Source: Acetobacteraceae bacterium
Lineage (GTDB): Bacteria; Pseudomonadota; Alphaproteobacteria; Acetobacterales; Acetobacteraceae
DNA: 64,000 bases
Assembly: GCA_035486355.1 (NCBI GenBank)
Contig: DATHNE010000207.1
Location: forward strand, 521 to 64,520
Direction of reading: 5' to 3'
The position numbers and the translations under genes are program-made. Below, one piece after another: positions 37,908 through 47,459 of the stretch (the stretch's first letter is position 1; the number at the start of each line of letters is the position of its first letter). The notes beneath the pieces were generated by a model. That model was not told the DNA's origin. It did no database searches and was given only the letters and a program-made list of their open reading frames with translations.

Positions 37908-38798
37908 ATGGATCACATCGCCCCATCCCGCACCGCCGCCACCGCGCGCTTCACCGCCGAGGACATCGCGCAGTATCGCCGCGATGGCTACGTCGTCGCC
38001 CGCGGGATCATGGGCCCGCGCTCAATCACCGCCTGCGCCACAGCACTGAGCGATCTCGCCACTGGGCGGATCGCAGCGCGCAACACCGTGCTGATGTATG
38101 AAGCGGGCCGGGACGCGGTCACGCTGCCGCCTGACGAGCGTGAGTTTGCCATCCGCAAATACATGGATTTCTGCGCCGACGCGCCAGCACTGATGATGGC
38201 GGCGATGAACCGCCGGCTGCACACGCTGCTGGACCACCTCCTCGGCGACGGCCGCGTGCTGTTCCAGGAAATGGCGCTGGTGAAGCCGCCACATATCGGC
38301 GCGGAAAAACCGTGGCACCAGGACGCCTCCTACTTCCGCCTGACCGATCCTGCGTTGATCGTCGGCGTGTGGATCGCCCTGGATCCCGCGCTGCGCGAGA
38401 ATGGCTGCATGGAGCTGGTCCCAGGGTCTCACCTTGAAGGGCCGGTGCCGCACCAGCACGAGAATGACTTCAATCGCTGCCGCATAACCCCGCGCCATGT
38501 CCGCGCGGCCGACCGCATCGCGATCGAGATGCAGCCGGGCGACGCGCTGATCTTCCACGCCCTGCTGCACCACTACACCGCGCCCAACGCGTCCCCGCTG
38601 CGCCGCCGCGCCATCCAGTTCCATTATCACCAGACCGGCGCTATCTGGGGCGATCTTGCGGCGCATCAGCGCCGGTTCCACTTCGCCGATGGACGTTATG
38701 CCGGCTGCACGGTGCCGCATGAACCCGCTCCACCCGGAGGCTATGTGCATCGCGAAGGGTTGAACCGCCCGGTGGTGCCGATGGATCCGCTCGATTGA
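37908..38798 (+). CDS. phytanoyl-CoA dioxygenase (PhyH) family 2OG-Fe(II) oxygenase
   Basis: FTAEDIAQYRRDGYVV, WHQDASYF (HxD) and a distal H in FHALLHH. 296 aa. Confidence 0.85.
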   Translation: MDHIAPSRTAATARFTAEDIAQYRRDGYVVARGIMGPRSITACATALSDLATGRIAARNTVLMYEAGRDAVTLPPDEREFAIRKYMDFCADAPALMMAAMNRRLHTLLDHLLGDGRVLFQEMALVKPPHIGAEKPWHQDASYFRLTDPALIVGVWIALDPALRENGCMELVPGSHLEGPVPHQHENDFNRCRITPRHVRAADRIAIEMQPGDALIFHALLHHYTAPNASPLRRRAIQFHYHQTGAIWGDLAAHQRRFHFADGRYAGCTVPHEPAPPGGYVHREGLNRPVVPMDPLD

Positions 38799-38803
38799 AC
38801 CCC

Positions 38804-39844
38804 ATGCGCGTCGCGCTGATCGTTCCTGCGCCATTCGAGACGATTTCCGGCGGCTACGGCTACGACCGGCATATCGTCGCCGGGCTGCGCACGGCGAGTC
38901 ACACGGTGAAGGTCGTCGAACTGCCGGGCACCTTTCCGCTGGCCGATGAGACCACGCGTAACGCCGCCTGTGCGGCCTGGGACGCGCTGCCGGACGCCAC
39001 GCCGGTGATCGATGGGCTGGCATTGCCCGCCCTGCAGGGCATGGATGACGCCATCGCGGCGCGCGGCACGGTCGGGTTGATCCATCATCCGACATCGCTC
39101 GAGACCGGTTTCGGCGACGCCGAACGCGACCGCCTGCGCACCGTCGAACAGCGTCTGATCTCACGCATGGCGCGGGTGATCGTCACCAGTGACGCGACCG
39201 CCGAGCAGCTCATCAGCGGCTTCGGCATCGCGCGGGACCGCATCGCCGTGGTGATGCCGGGCACCGATGACGCACCGCGCGGTGTCGGCTCAGGCAGCGC
39301 GACCTGCGAGATCCTGTCGATCGGTACGCTGGTGCCGCGCAAGGGGCATGACCTGCTGCTGCGCGCGCTGGCGCGGCTGTTCGATCTCGACTGGCACCTG
39401 ACCATCGTCGGCTCGCCGCTGCGCGATCCGGCGCATGCGCAGACCCTGCAGGCGCTCGCCCAGGAGCTGCGCATCACCCGCCAGGTGCGCTTCGCCGGCG
39501 AGCTGACGGGCGACGCGCTGGAATCCCTGTGGCAGCGCGCCGACCTGTTCGCGCTCGCCTCGCAGTATGAAGGCTACGGCATGGCCACCGCGGAGGCATT
39601 GAAGCGCGGCGTGCCCGTGGCGGTGACCGGCGTTGGCATCGCCCCCACGTTGGTGACACCCCAGGTGGGAACGCTGGTACAGCCTGGCGACCGCGACACG
39701 TTGTCGAAATCATTGCGCCGCGTCATCTTTAGCGCGGCCCTGCGCCATGACATGGCCGAGGCCGCGTGGCAGGCGGGCCGGGCTTTGCCGTCTTGGGACG
39801 CACAGGCGCGCGCCTTCGCCGCGGCGCTGGCCATGAAGGACTGA
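38804..39844 (+). CDS. glycosyltransferase family 4 (GT-B)
   Basis: ATG 38804 (MRVALIVPAP). An in-frame TTG 38795 overlapping the PhyH stop is also possible. Has the EGYGMATAEALKRGVPV (E-x7-E) motif. Confidence 0.85.
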   Translation: MRVALIVPAPFETISGGYGYDRHIVAGLRTASHTVKVVELPGTFPLADETTRNAACAAWDALPDATPVIDGLALPALQGMDDAIAARGTVGLIHHPTSLETGFGDAERDRLRTVEQRLISRMARVIVTSDATAEQLISGFGIARDRIAVVMPGTDDAPRGVGSGSATCEILSIGTLVPRKGHDLLLRALARLFDLDWHLTIVGSPLRDPAHAQTLQALAQELRITRQVRFAGELTGDALESLWQRADLFALASQYEGYGMATAEALKRGVPVAVTGVGIAPTLVTPQVGTLVQPGDRDTLSKSLRRVIFSAALRHDMAEAAWQAGRALPSWDAQARAFAAALAMKD

Positions 39845-39849
39845 ACATC

Positions 39850-41115
39850 ATGCTGCTGGGTTGCATCGCCGACGATTTCACCGGCGCCACCGATCTGGCG
39901 TCGATGCTGGTGAAGCACGGCATGCGCACGGTGCAGTGCATCGGCGTGCCACGCGCCGATGAGGTGGCACCGGACGTCGACGCCGTCGTGGTGGCGCTGA
40001 AATCGCGCACCGTGCCAGCGCGCCAGGCGGTCGGCGAAAGCCTCGCCGCGCTCGACTGGCTGCGTGCCGCCGGCGGCCGGCAGTTCTTTTTCAAATACTG
40101 CTCGACCTTCGACAGCACCGACGACGGCAACATCGGACCCGTGGCGGATGCGTTGCTGGCCGCGCTGGGGTCAGGCTTCGCGCTCGCCTGTCCGGCGTTC
40201 CCAGCCAATGCGCGCAGCGTCTATCAGGGTCATTTGTTCGTCGGTACCGGGCTGCTGAATGAGAGCGGCATGGAAAATCATCCGCTGACACCGATGAAGG
40301 ATGCCAACCTGGTGCGTGTGCTGTCGCGCCAGACCGATGGTACTGTGGGGCTGGTACCCTACGCGGTGGTGGAACAGGGCGCGGCGGTGGTGCGTGCGAC
40401 GATGGCGTCGCTGGCAGAGCAGGGCCGGCGCTATGCGATCGTCGATGCCGTGAACGATGGGCATCTGCTGACGATTGGCGAGGCCGCCGCGCATCACACG
40501 CTGATCACCGGCGGCTCTGGCGTGGCCATGGGGCTACCGGCGAATTTCCGCGCCGCGGGTTTGTTGCCGGAGCGGGCCGACTCTGGCGCGCTGCCGGTGG
40601 TTCAGGGCGCGGCTGCGGTGCTGGCGGGATCCTGCTCGCGCGCCACCCTCGGGCAGATCGGTTACGCCCGCGAGCGCGCACCGGTGTATGAGCTGGATCC
40701 ACTGGCGCAGCCGGATGCCGGCGCACTGGCAGCCGGTGCGATCGACTGGATGCGCGATCGCCTCGGCGCCACGCCGGTGGTGATCGCCGCCTCCGCGCCG
40801 CCCGACAAGGTTGCTGCGGTGCAGCAACGGTTCGGCCGCGATGCCGCCGGCGCGTTGATCGAGGACGCATTGGCCCGCGTCGCCGAGGCCCTCGTCGCGC
40901 GCGGGGTGCGCCGGTTGGTCGTCGCGGGCGGCGAAACCTCCGGTGCGGCGGTCGCGCGCCTTGGCGTGCGCCGCCTGCGGATCGGCACTGAAATCGACAC
41001 AGGCGTACCGTGGACCTATGCCGAAGGCAGCGGCACACCGCTGCTGCTCGCGCTGAAGTCTGGCAATTTCGGCGCGCGTGATTTCTTCCTGAGAGCGTTC
41101 GAGAGGTTGACCTGA
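39850..41115 (+). CDS. otnK: four-carbon acid sugar kinase family protein (3-oxo-tetronate kinase OtnK/YgbK-like)
   Basis: Start moved to ATG 39850, 5 nt after the GT stop. N-terminus MLLGCIADDFTGATDLASMLVKHGMRTVQ matches the YgbK family. Confidence 0.8.
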   Translation: MLLGCIADDFTGATDLASMLVKHGMRTVQCIGVPRADEVAPDVDAVVVALKSRTVPARQAVGESLAALDWLRAAGGRQFFFKYCSTFDSTDDGNIGPVADALLAALGSGFALACPAFPANARSVYQGHLFVGTGLLNESGMENHPLTPMKDANLVRVLSRQTDGTVGLVPYAVVEQGAAVVRATMASLAEQGRRYAIVDAVNDGHLLTIGEAAAHHTLITGGSGVAMGLPANFRAAGLLPERADSGALPVVQGAAAVLAGSCSRATLGQIGYARERAPVYELDPLAQPDAGALAAGAIDWMRDRLGATPVVIAASAPPDKVAAVQQRFGRDAAGALIEDALARVAEALVARGVRRLVVAGGETSGAAVARLGVRRLRIGTEIDTGVPWTYAEGSGTPLLLALKSGNFGARDFFLRAFERLT

Positions 41116-41759
41116 TGGACGCACCGATCGCGGAACCGGTCGCACGCGGGCTGCTTGTGGAACTCGCGGCGAGCCTGTTCGCACGCGGCTATTCGGTCGG
41201 CAGCGCCGGCAATATCAGCGTGCGCCTGGCTGACGGCATCCTGATCACGCCGACCAATTCGAGCCTGGGGCGGCTCGATCCGGCGCGGCTGTCGAAGCTC
41301 GACCAGGACTTCCGCCACGTCTCCGGCGACGTGCCGTCGAAGGAGGTGTTCATGCACCGCGCCTTCTACACGGCGCGTGAGGATGCGGGCGCGGTGGTGC
41401 ATCTGCACTCCACCATGGCGACCGCGGTGTGCTGTCTGCCGGATCTCGACCCGATCAACCCGCTGCCGCCGCTGACGCCGTATTTCGTCATGCGAATCGG
41501 CAAGCGGCTGCCGACGGTGCCGTACTATCGGCCGGGCAATCCGCAGATGGAGCCGGCGATTCACAATGCCGCGCGTCTTGCCCGCGGCGTGCTGCTGGCC
41601 AACCATGGGCCCGTGGTGTCGGCGCCAACGCTCATCGACGCGGTGAACGCGGCGGAGGAGCTGGAGGAGGCCTCGAAGCTGTTCCTGCTGCTGCGCGGGG
41701 CGAATGCACGCCTGCTGACAGCGGCGCATGTGGACGACCTGCTGAAGACGTTCGGCTGA
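41115..41759 (+). CDS. otnC: class II aldolase/adducin-family protein (3-oxo-tetronate 4-phosphate decarboxylase OtnC/YgbL-like)
   Basis: Start overlaps the otnK stop by 1 nt. GSAGNISVRL...ITPTN, HLHS and ANHG motifs of class II aldolases. Confidence 0.8.
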   Translation: MDAPIAEPVARGLLVELAASLFARGYSVGSAGNISVRLADGILITPTNSSLGRLDPARLSKLDQDFRHVSGDVPSKEVFMHRAFYTAREDAGAVVHLHSTMATAVCCLPDLDPINPLPPLTPYFVMRIGKRLPTVPYYRPGNPQMEPAIHNAARLARGVLLANHGPVVSAPTLIDAVNAAEELEEASKLFLLLRGANARLLTAAHVDDLLKTFG

Positions 41760-41780
41760 GATTGACGCCGCACGCAGACG

Positions 41781-41808
41781 AAAAAGGGCGCCGTGTGGCG
41801 CCCTTTTC
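41781..41808. terminator. bidirectional intrinsic terminator
   Basis: AAAAA-GGGCGCC-GTGT-GGCGCCC-TTTT lies between convergent otnC (stop 41759) and the histone-like gene (stop 41844). A second hairpin CAGGCC-GGTGT-GGCCTG sits at 41814-41830. Confidence 0.75.
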
Positions 41809-41843
41809 CTTGGCAGGCCGGTGTGGCCTGTGTCGTGGTGGGC

Positions 41844-42131
41844 TTAGCTCGGCATGCCGCCCATCGGCTCGGGCATTGGCATCGGCTTTTTTGCAGCCTT
41901 CTTTTTTGCCGCCTTCTTTTTGGCTGCCTTCTTCTTCGGAGCGGCCTTCTTCTTCGCCGCTGCTTTCTTCTTCGGCGCCGCCTTCTTCTTCGCTGCCGCC
42001 TTCTTCTTCGGCGCAGCCTTCTTCGCCGCCTTCTTCGCCGCCTTCTTCTTCGGCGCCGCCTTCTTCTTCGCGGCCCGCATGGCCAGCGCCTGAGCGCGCG
42101 GCTGTTCGGTGCTCATGGTTTCAGTGCTCAC
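41844..42131 (-). CDS. Lys/Ala/Pro-repeat histone H1/AlgP-like basic protein
   Basis: GTG 42131 lies 9 nt after AAGGAG (42141-42146); ATG 42116 is an alternative. 95 aa with a 61-residue tract made only of K, A and P (KKKAAP/KKKAAA units). The in-frame ORF extends to 42428, so the N-terminus is uncertain. Confidence 0.7.
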   Translation of the reverse strand: MSTETMSTEQPRAQALAMRAAKKKAAPKKKAAKKAAKKAAPKKKAAAKKKAAPKKKAAAKKKAAPKKKAAKKKAAKKKAAKKPMPMPEPMGGMPS

Positions 42132-42707
42132 CTGGTGAAACTCCTTCTCAAGCCAGTGTTGGAGGTGCGCGGAGAACGAGCGGCCGCACATGCAGCCGGT
42201 CCCGCAAGGCGCCCGCCATCTCCAGTGTGTAGTTCTGGCGGACCAGTTTCGTCGGGCCGGCGACCGGATCGGAACCACCGTTCTGCGCCGAAGCGCGCCA
42301 TGCTTCGGCCAGGGAACGATGTCCGACGTATCCGCCATGGGGTGCACGTACTCCCATGCGCCATGTCCGCACGCATCCCGGCAAATATCCGGCGCTGGCA
42401 GAACACGATAACCGGTGTGCTGCCGCATTCGCCAAGCTTCGCACGATGCTGGTCCCGTCAGCGGGATGTGATCGGCGTTGCTTCACCAGGACGAGGCTGC
42501 GGTCCATGGACCGTCCTTCTGTTGTGTGGTTGCTTGCGTCGATCGGCTGAAACAGCGATGAACTGATCCATCAGCGCGAATCGGGCGCACGCACACCAGA
42601 TTCGCTATTCATCGTCGCGCATCGTCCTGTCAACAAAAAGCAACCGATTTGTCGTACGAAGCATGAAAAAATATCGATGCGTGACCGTGAGCACGCAATG
42701 CACCAAC

Positions 42708-42739
42708 AAAAACCGCCGCGACGTGATCGTCGCGGCGGT
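42708..42739 (-). terminator. intrinsic terminator downstream of prpC
   Basis: On the minus strand: ACCGCCGCGACG-AUCA-CGUCGCGGCGGU followed by UUUUUGUU. Lies 35 nt after the prpC stop. Confidence 0.8.
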
Positions 42740-42773
42740 GGTTTGAAGCGGTGAATCGCACCGCTGCGATCGT

Positions 42774-43928
42774 TCAGTGTCGTGCTGCGATCGGTATGAA
42801 GGGCACATTCTCCGGGCCAACGTAGTTCGCCGTGGGACGAATGAGCTTGTTGTCGATTCGCTGCTCGATGACATGCGCGGACCAGCCGGAGGTGCGCGCG
42901 ATCACGAATAATGGCGTGAACATCGACGTCGGCACGCCAAGCATGTGGTAGCTGATCGCACTGAACCAATCGAGATTGGCGAACATCTTCTTCGCGTCCG
43001 CCATCGTCGCCTCGATCCGGTCAGCGATATCGAACAGCTTCATGCTGCCCGCCGCCTGCGACAAACGCCGCGCGACCTCCTTGATCACTTTGTTCCGCGG
43101 ATCGGCGATCGTGTAGACGGCATGGCCGAATCCGATCACCACTTCGCGATTGGCGATGCGCCGGCGGATGTCCGCCTCTGCGTCGTCCGGAGTCGCGTAG
43201 CGATTCTGGATCTCGAAAGAGACCTCGTTGGCACCACCATGTTTCGGACCGCGCAGCGCGCCGATGCCTGCCGTGATCGCCGAATGCATGTCCGCGCCAG
43301 TGCCCGCAACGACGCGACAGGTGAAGGTGGAGGCGTTGAATTCGTGCTCGGCATAGAGGATCAGGGAGGTGTGCATGGCGCGCACGAACGTGTCCGACGG
43401 CGGCTTGCCATGCAGCAGATGCAGGAAGTGCCCGCCGATCGAATCGTCATCGGTTTCCACGTCGATCCGCTTGCCGTTATGGGCGTAGTGGAACCAGTAG
43501 AGCAGCGCGGAACCGAGTGAGGCCATTAGCCGATCGGCGATATCGCGTGCGCCCGGCTGGTTCTGATCTTCCTTCTCCGGCAGCGCGCACCCCAGCGCGG
43601 ACACTGCGGTGCGCATCACATCCATCGGATGTGCCGCGGGGGGCAGCGCCTCCATGGTGCGCTTCACGGTCAGCGGCAGACCGCGCAACGCGCGCAGCTT
43701 CGCCTTGTAGCCAGCCAGCTCGGCCAGTGTGGGCAGCTTACCGTGCACCAGCAGATAGGCGATCTCCTCGAACTCGCACTGCTCTGCGACGTCGAGAATG
43801 TCATAGCCGCGATAGTGCAGGTCGTTGCCAGTGCGTCCGACGGTGCACAACGCGGTGTTGCCGGCGGTGACGCCGGACAGGCCCACGCCCTTCTTCGCCC
43901 GATTCGGAATGGCGGCGGTGTCGCTCAT
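42774..43928 (-). CDS. prpC: 2-methylcitrate synthase (citrate synthase family)
   Basis: 384 aa. [29 protein letters not shown] and GFGHAVY motifs. Adjacent to prpD. Confidence 0.88.
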   Translation of the reverse strand: MSDTAAIPNRAKKGVGLSGVTAGNTALCTVGRTGNDLHYRGYDILDVAEQCEFEEIAYLLVHGKLPTLAELAGYKAKLRALRGLPLTVKRTMEALPPAAHPMDVMRTAVSALGCALPEKEDQNQPGARDIADRLMASLGSALLYWFHYAHNGKRIDVETDDDSIGGHFLHLLHGKPPSDTFVRAMHTSLILYAEHEFNASTFTCRVVAGTGADMHSAITAGIGALRGPKHGGANEVSFEIQNRYATPDDAEADIRRRIANREVVIGFGHAVYTIADPRNKVIKEVARRLSQAAGSMKLFDIADRIEATMADAKKMFANLDWFSAISYHMLGVPTSMFTPLFVIARTSGWSAHVIEQRIDNKLIRPTANYVGPENVPFIPIAARH

Positions 43929-43967
43929 GATGTGCTCCCTTCAACAGATCGTCGCTGCGTCTATCCC

Positions 43968-44057
43968 CACGTCATGGTGGGCGAAGGCCCGGCATCCACG
44001 TCTTTGCTTGCTGCACAACGGCGAGGCGTGGATGCCGGCTGGCGCCGGCATGACGCG
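43968..44057. repeat. inverted pair of REP-like units (family 2)
   Basis: CACGTCATGGTGGGCGAAGGCCCGGCATCCACG (43968-44000) and its imperfect inverted copy CGTGGATGCCGGCTGGCGCCGGCATGACGCG (44027-44057), in the prpD-prpC spacer. Confidence 0.65.
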
Positions 44058-44065
44058 CGGGACGG

Positions 44066-45565
44066 TCAGAAAATTCCCGGCTTGCCGACAGCGAGTTTCC
44101 CCGCCGGCAGCGCGATGTTCAGCAAATGCAGCTCGTCCGCCGTCAGCCGCGGCAGGTTCTGCACCACCTCCAGGAAGCGCTCGGCCTCGCGTGGTGCGAT
44201 GATCCCCTCGGTCAACGTGCGGAACTTGCCGATGTAGTCGGGACGCTTGAACGGACTGGCGCCCAGCGTATGCGCGTTCGCCACCGCCATCTCATCCACC
44301 AGCGTGCTGCCGTCCTTCATGATGATATCGACCCGTCCGCCGAATGCCAGCTCGTTCGGATCAGTGGTCAGGTAGCGGCGTTCCCACTCCGCGTCCTCGG
44401 TCGTCTCGATCTTGTGCCACAGCCGGACCGTGTCAGCGCGGCCGGCGCGTTTCGGCGTATAGCTGTCGACGTGGTGCCAGTGCCCGTCCTGCAGCGCGAC
44501 CGCAAAGATGTACATGATCGAATGATCCAGCGTCTCGCGGCTGGCTTTCGGATCCATCTTCTGCGGATCATTGGCACCAGTGCCGATCACCGCATGCGTG
44601 TGATGGCTGGTGTGGATCACGATGCGATCTATCTGCTCGACATCGGTGATCTTCTCGCGCATGCGAAACGCCAGATCGATCAGCGCCTGCGACTGGTATT
44701 CCGCGCTGTGCTGCTTGGTGAAGCTGTCGAGGATCGCGCGCTTCGGCTCACCCGCCGCCGGCAGCGGCACGCGATAATGCGCCTTTGGACCATCCAGCAC
44801 CCAGGCAATCACGCTGTCCTCGCCCTCATAAATCGGGCTCGGCGCGCCTTCGCCGCGCATCACGCGATCGACCGCTTCCACCGCAAGCTTGCCCGCATGC
44901 GCCGGCGCGAATGCCTTCCACGAGCTGATCTGACCCTTGCGCGATTGCCGCGTGGTGACGCTGACGTGCACTGCCTGCTGCACCGCCTGGTAGATCGTTT
45001 CGACCGGTAGGCGCAGCAAGGTTCCGATGCCGGCCGCCTGGCCGGCGGCGAGATGGGTGATGTGATCGATCTTGTGCTTGTGCAGTGAGATCGCCTTCAC
45101 CAGGTTCACGTGGATCTCGTAGCCAGTTGCGATGCCGCGGATTGCATCACGGCCTGCCTTTCCCATGGTCTGCGCGACCGCGAGGATCGGCGGGATGTTG
45201 TCGGCGGGATGTGAGTAGTCCTCGGCCAGGAATGTGTCGTGCATATCCAGTTCGCGCACCGCGGTGCCGTTCGCCCAGGCGGCGTATTCCGGGCTAACCC
45301 GCTTCGTTGACGCCGCGCCGAACACTGTCGCGCCACCCTTGCGTGGATGGCCCAACGCCATGTCGCGTGCCGACACCACGGGATGACGGTTGATCGCGGC
45401 GATCGCGACCGCGGCGTTGTCGATCATCCGGTTGATGATCATCTCCGCCACGTCCTTCTCCACCGGAACCTTGTCGGCGGCGACAGCGGCGATCTTCCAG
45501 GCGAGCTGATCCTCGCGCTTCAACTTGTCCTTGGACAGGTGGACCGTGACATCATGCAGTATCAT
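44066..45565 (-). CDS. prpD: 2-methylcitrate dehydratase (MmgE/PrpD family)
   Basis: Start placed at ATG 45565 (MILHD), 5 nt after GGAGGA; ATG 45571 abuts the RBS. PrpD-fold sequence of about 499 aa. Confidence 0.82.
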   Translation of the reverse strand: MILHDVTVHLSKDKLKREDQLAWKIAAVAADKVPVEKDVAEMIINRMIDNAAVAIAAINRHPVVSARDMALGHPRKGGATVFGAASTKRVSPEYAAWANGTAVRELDMHDTFLAEDYSHPADNIPPILAVAQTMGKAGRDAIRGIATGYEIHVNLVKAISLHKHKIDHITHLAAGQAAGIGTLLRLPVETIYQAVQQAVHVSVTTRQSRKGQISSWKAFAPAHAGKLAVEAVDRVMRGEGAPSPIYEGEDSVIAWVLDGPKAHYRVPLPAAGEPKRAILDSFTKQHSAEYQSQALIDLAFRMREKITDVEQIDRIVIHTSHHTHAVIGTGANDPQKMDPKASRETLDHSIMYIFAVALQDGHWHHVDSYTPKRAGRADTVRLWHKIETTEDAEWERRYLTTDPNELAFGGRVDIIMKDGSTLVDEMAVANAHTLGASPFKRPDYIGKFRTLTEGIIAPREAERFLEVVQNLPRLTADELHLLNIALPAGKLAVGKPGIF

Positions 45566-45687
45566 GCGCATCCTCCGGTTGGCGTCCGCCTTCACGCGGT
45601 CTAGCTTTGCCTCGGCCCTTCGTAGGAGCGCGCCGCGATCCCGGCAAGCCGGGGGCGTACTGCGCAAGCGCGGGAGACTATATATAA

Positions 45688-47049
45688 GTGTCTACTCCGT
45701 TTGAGTGCGTGATCATCGGCGACGTCGTCAGCACCCATCGCGTGCTGCGCGATGGGTATGTCGCGGTGCGCGGTGAGACGATCGCCGCGATTGGTGAAGG
45801 CGCGCCACCGCCGTCCAGTACGGTGCTGGATCATCGTGGCAAGCTGATCCTGCCAGGCCTGGTCGACGGACATATGCACACGTCATCCGCGGTCGGCTGG
45901 GCGGGCATTGAGGGCACGACCCGCAGCGCAGCCGCTGGTGGCGTGACAACTTGCGTCGACATGCCGTACGACGTGCCGCATCCGGTAACCGATGCGGCGA
46001 AGCTGGAAGACAAGATTGGGTGGGTCAACCGCACGGCGTATGTCGACATGGCGCTGTATGGCACCATCCTGAAGATCGGTGGCGGCGGTGCGATCCCTGA
46101 TCTCGCCGCCGCCGGCATCTCGGCGTTCAAGCTCTCCACCTATGAATATGACGCGGTGCGGTTTCCGCGCATCGATCATCCGACGATGGTTGAGGCGTTC
46201 GCGGCCATCGCGAAAACCGGGCTGCCGGTCGCGGTGCACAATGAAGACCAGGAACTTGTCGAGCGGCTGACGAACGACGCGCGCACGGCGGGTCAGACCG
46301 AACCGATCATGCATTGCCGCACGCGTCCACCCTTGGCCGAAACAATGGCGGATCTGGAGATTTTCGAGATCGGCCTACAGACCGGCGCGCATGTGCATAT
46401 CGCGCATTCGTCGCTGGCACGCGGCTTCGCGCTGGCCGAGCTGTTCCGCGGCATGGGCATGCAGGCGACCGGCGAAGCGTGCGTCCAATATCTGTGCATG
46501 ACCGAGGACGACATCGTCCGCCTGGCCGGCCGCGGCAAGTGCAACCCACCGTTCCGCACGAAAACGGAAGTCGAACGGATGTGGGCGGCGTTGCAGGACG
46601 ACAAGATTGCCTATGTCTCCACCGATCACGCACCGTGGCCGCTGGAACGCAAGACGCTGCCAGACATCTTTGCTTGCGGCGCAGGCCTCGTCGGCATGCA
46701 GAGCTTCGCGCCGCTGATGTTCACCTTGCTCGACGAACGAAGCCTGCCACCGACGCTGCTGGCCACCTATTGCGCGGAACGCGCCGCACAGCTGCACGGG
46801 CTGTGGCCGCGCAAGGGCGCGCTGCGTGTCGGCTCGGATGCAGATCTGTGCGTGTTGGAACGCGGCAGCTTCACCTTCGATGAGGCCAACATTGTCGACC
46901 GGCCGGAGCTGCGCTGGTCGCCGTACCACGGCCGTGCGATGCGCGCGCGCGTCGCCACGACGATGCAGCGCGGCCGCGTGATTTGGGATGGCGCGCAGGT
47001 GCTGGCGAAGCCCGGCGACGGCCGCTTCATCCGTCGTGAGGTCCACTGA
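45688..47049 (+). CDS. cyclic amidohydrolase (hydantoinase/dihydropyrimidinase/allantoinase family)
   Basis: GTG start. [11 protein letters not shown] (HxH), later metal-ligand histidines and a DHAP aspartate. 453 aa. Lies beside D-carbamoylase and hydantoin racemase genes. Confidence 0.82.
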   Translation: MSTPFECVIIGDVVSTHRVLRDGYVAVRGETIAAIGEGAPPPSSTVLDHRGKLILPGLVDGHMHTSSAVGWAGIEGTTRSAAAGGVTTCVDMPYDVPHPVTDAAKLEDKIGWVNRTAYVDMALYGTILKIGGGGAIPDLAAAGISAFKLSTYEYDAVRFPRIDHPTMVEAFAAIAKTGLPVAVHNEDQELVERLTNDARTAGQTEPIMHCRTRPPLAETMADLEIFEIGLQTGAHVHIAHSSLARGFALAELFRGMGMQATGEACVQYLCMTEDDIVRLAGRGKCNPPFRTKTEVERMWAALQDDKIAYVSTDHAPWPLERKTLPDIFACGAGLVGMQSFAPLMFTLLDERSLPPTLLATYCAERAAQLHGLWPRKGALRVGSDADLCVLERGSFTFDEANIVDRPELRWSPYHGRAMRARVATTMQRGRVIWDGAQVLAKPGDGRFIRREVH

Positions 47050-47111
47050 GCGATCTGCCACCGGATCGACGGCGCCGCATCGGCTGGCGCTGGCCGACAG
47101 CCAGCATTGGC

Positions 47112-47459
47112 GTGCTGTGTGTCTTGCTCTGGATCGCCGCGGTGGCATACCATCGCCGTTACACGCCGCCCAACTGCGCCGATCCTCGCACGCTGGCACT
47201 GGTGCACAACAGCCTCACCACGTTCTTCCACCTGCCGGACACGACGACACTGGAGCTGATCCACACCGTTGCCGGCGGGTATATTGCGTTTCGCTACGTC
47301 TGCTCAGCACATCCGATCGGATTCACGCGCGAACAGTTGCCGCCTGGCACCATCGTGCCCGCCGGTGTGCGCTATGTCAGCGAGCTGTCGCCGGATGGCT
47401 TGCGTCATGTCGTGCATGTTAGCATCTCCCCGAACCTGATCCTGGAGCCAGTCGATTGA
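47112..47459 (+). CDS. hypothetical small membrane-anchored protein
   Basis: GTG start. N-terminal hydrophobic LCVLLWIAAVAY. High G/C at codon position 3 throughout (hand check). Its TGA overlaps the TTG start of the downstream carbamoylase. No family recognised. Confidence 0.55.
   Translation: MLCVLLWIAAVAYHRRYTPPNCADPRTLALVHNSLTTFFHLPDTTTLELIHTVAGGYIAFRYVCSAHPIGFTREQLPPGTIVPAGVRYVSELSPDGLRHVVHVSISPNLILEPVD

Noticed and set aside
41854-42093. Plus-strand ORF encoding FFFAAFFFGAA repeats
   Set aside because: It is the antisense reading of the K/A/P-repeat gene. The minus-strand version has an AAGGAG RBS and a terminator and resembles known histone-like proteins. A poly-Phe/Ala protein is implausible.
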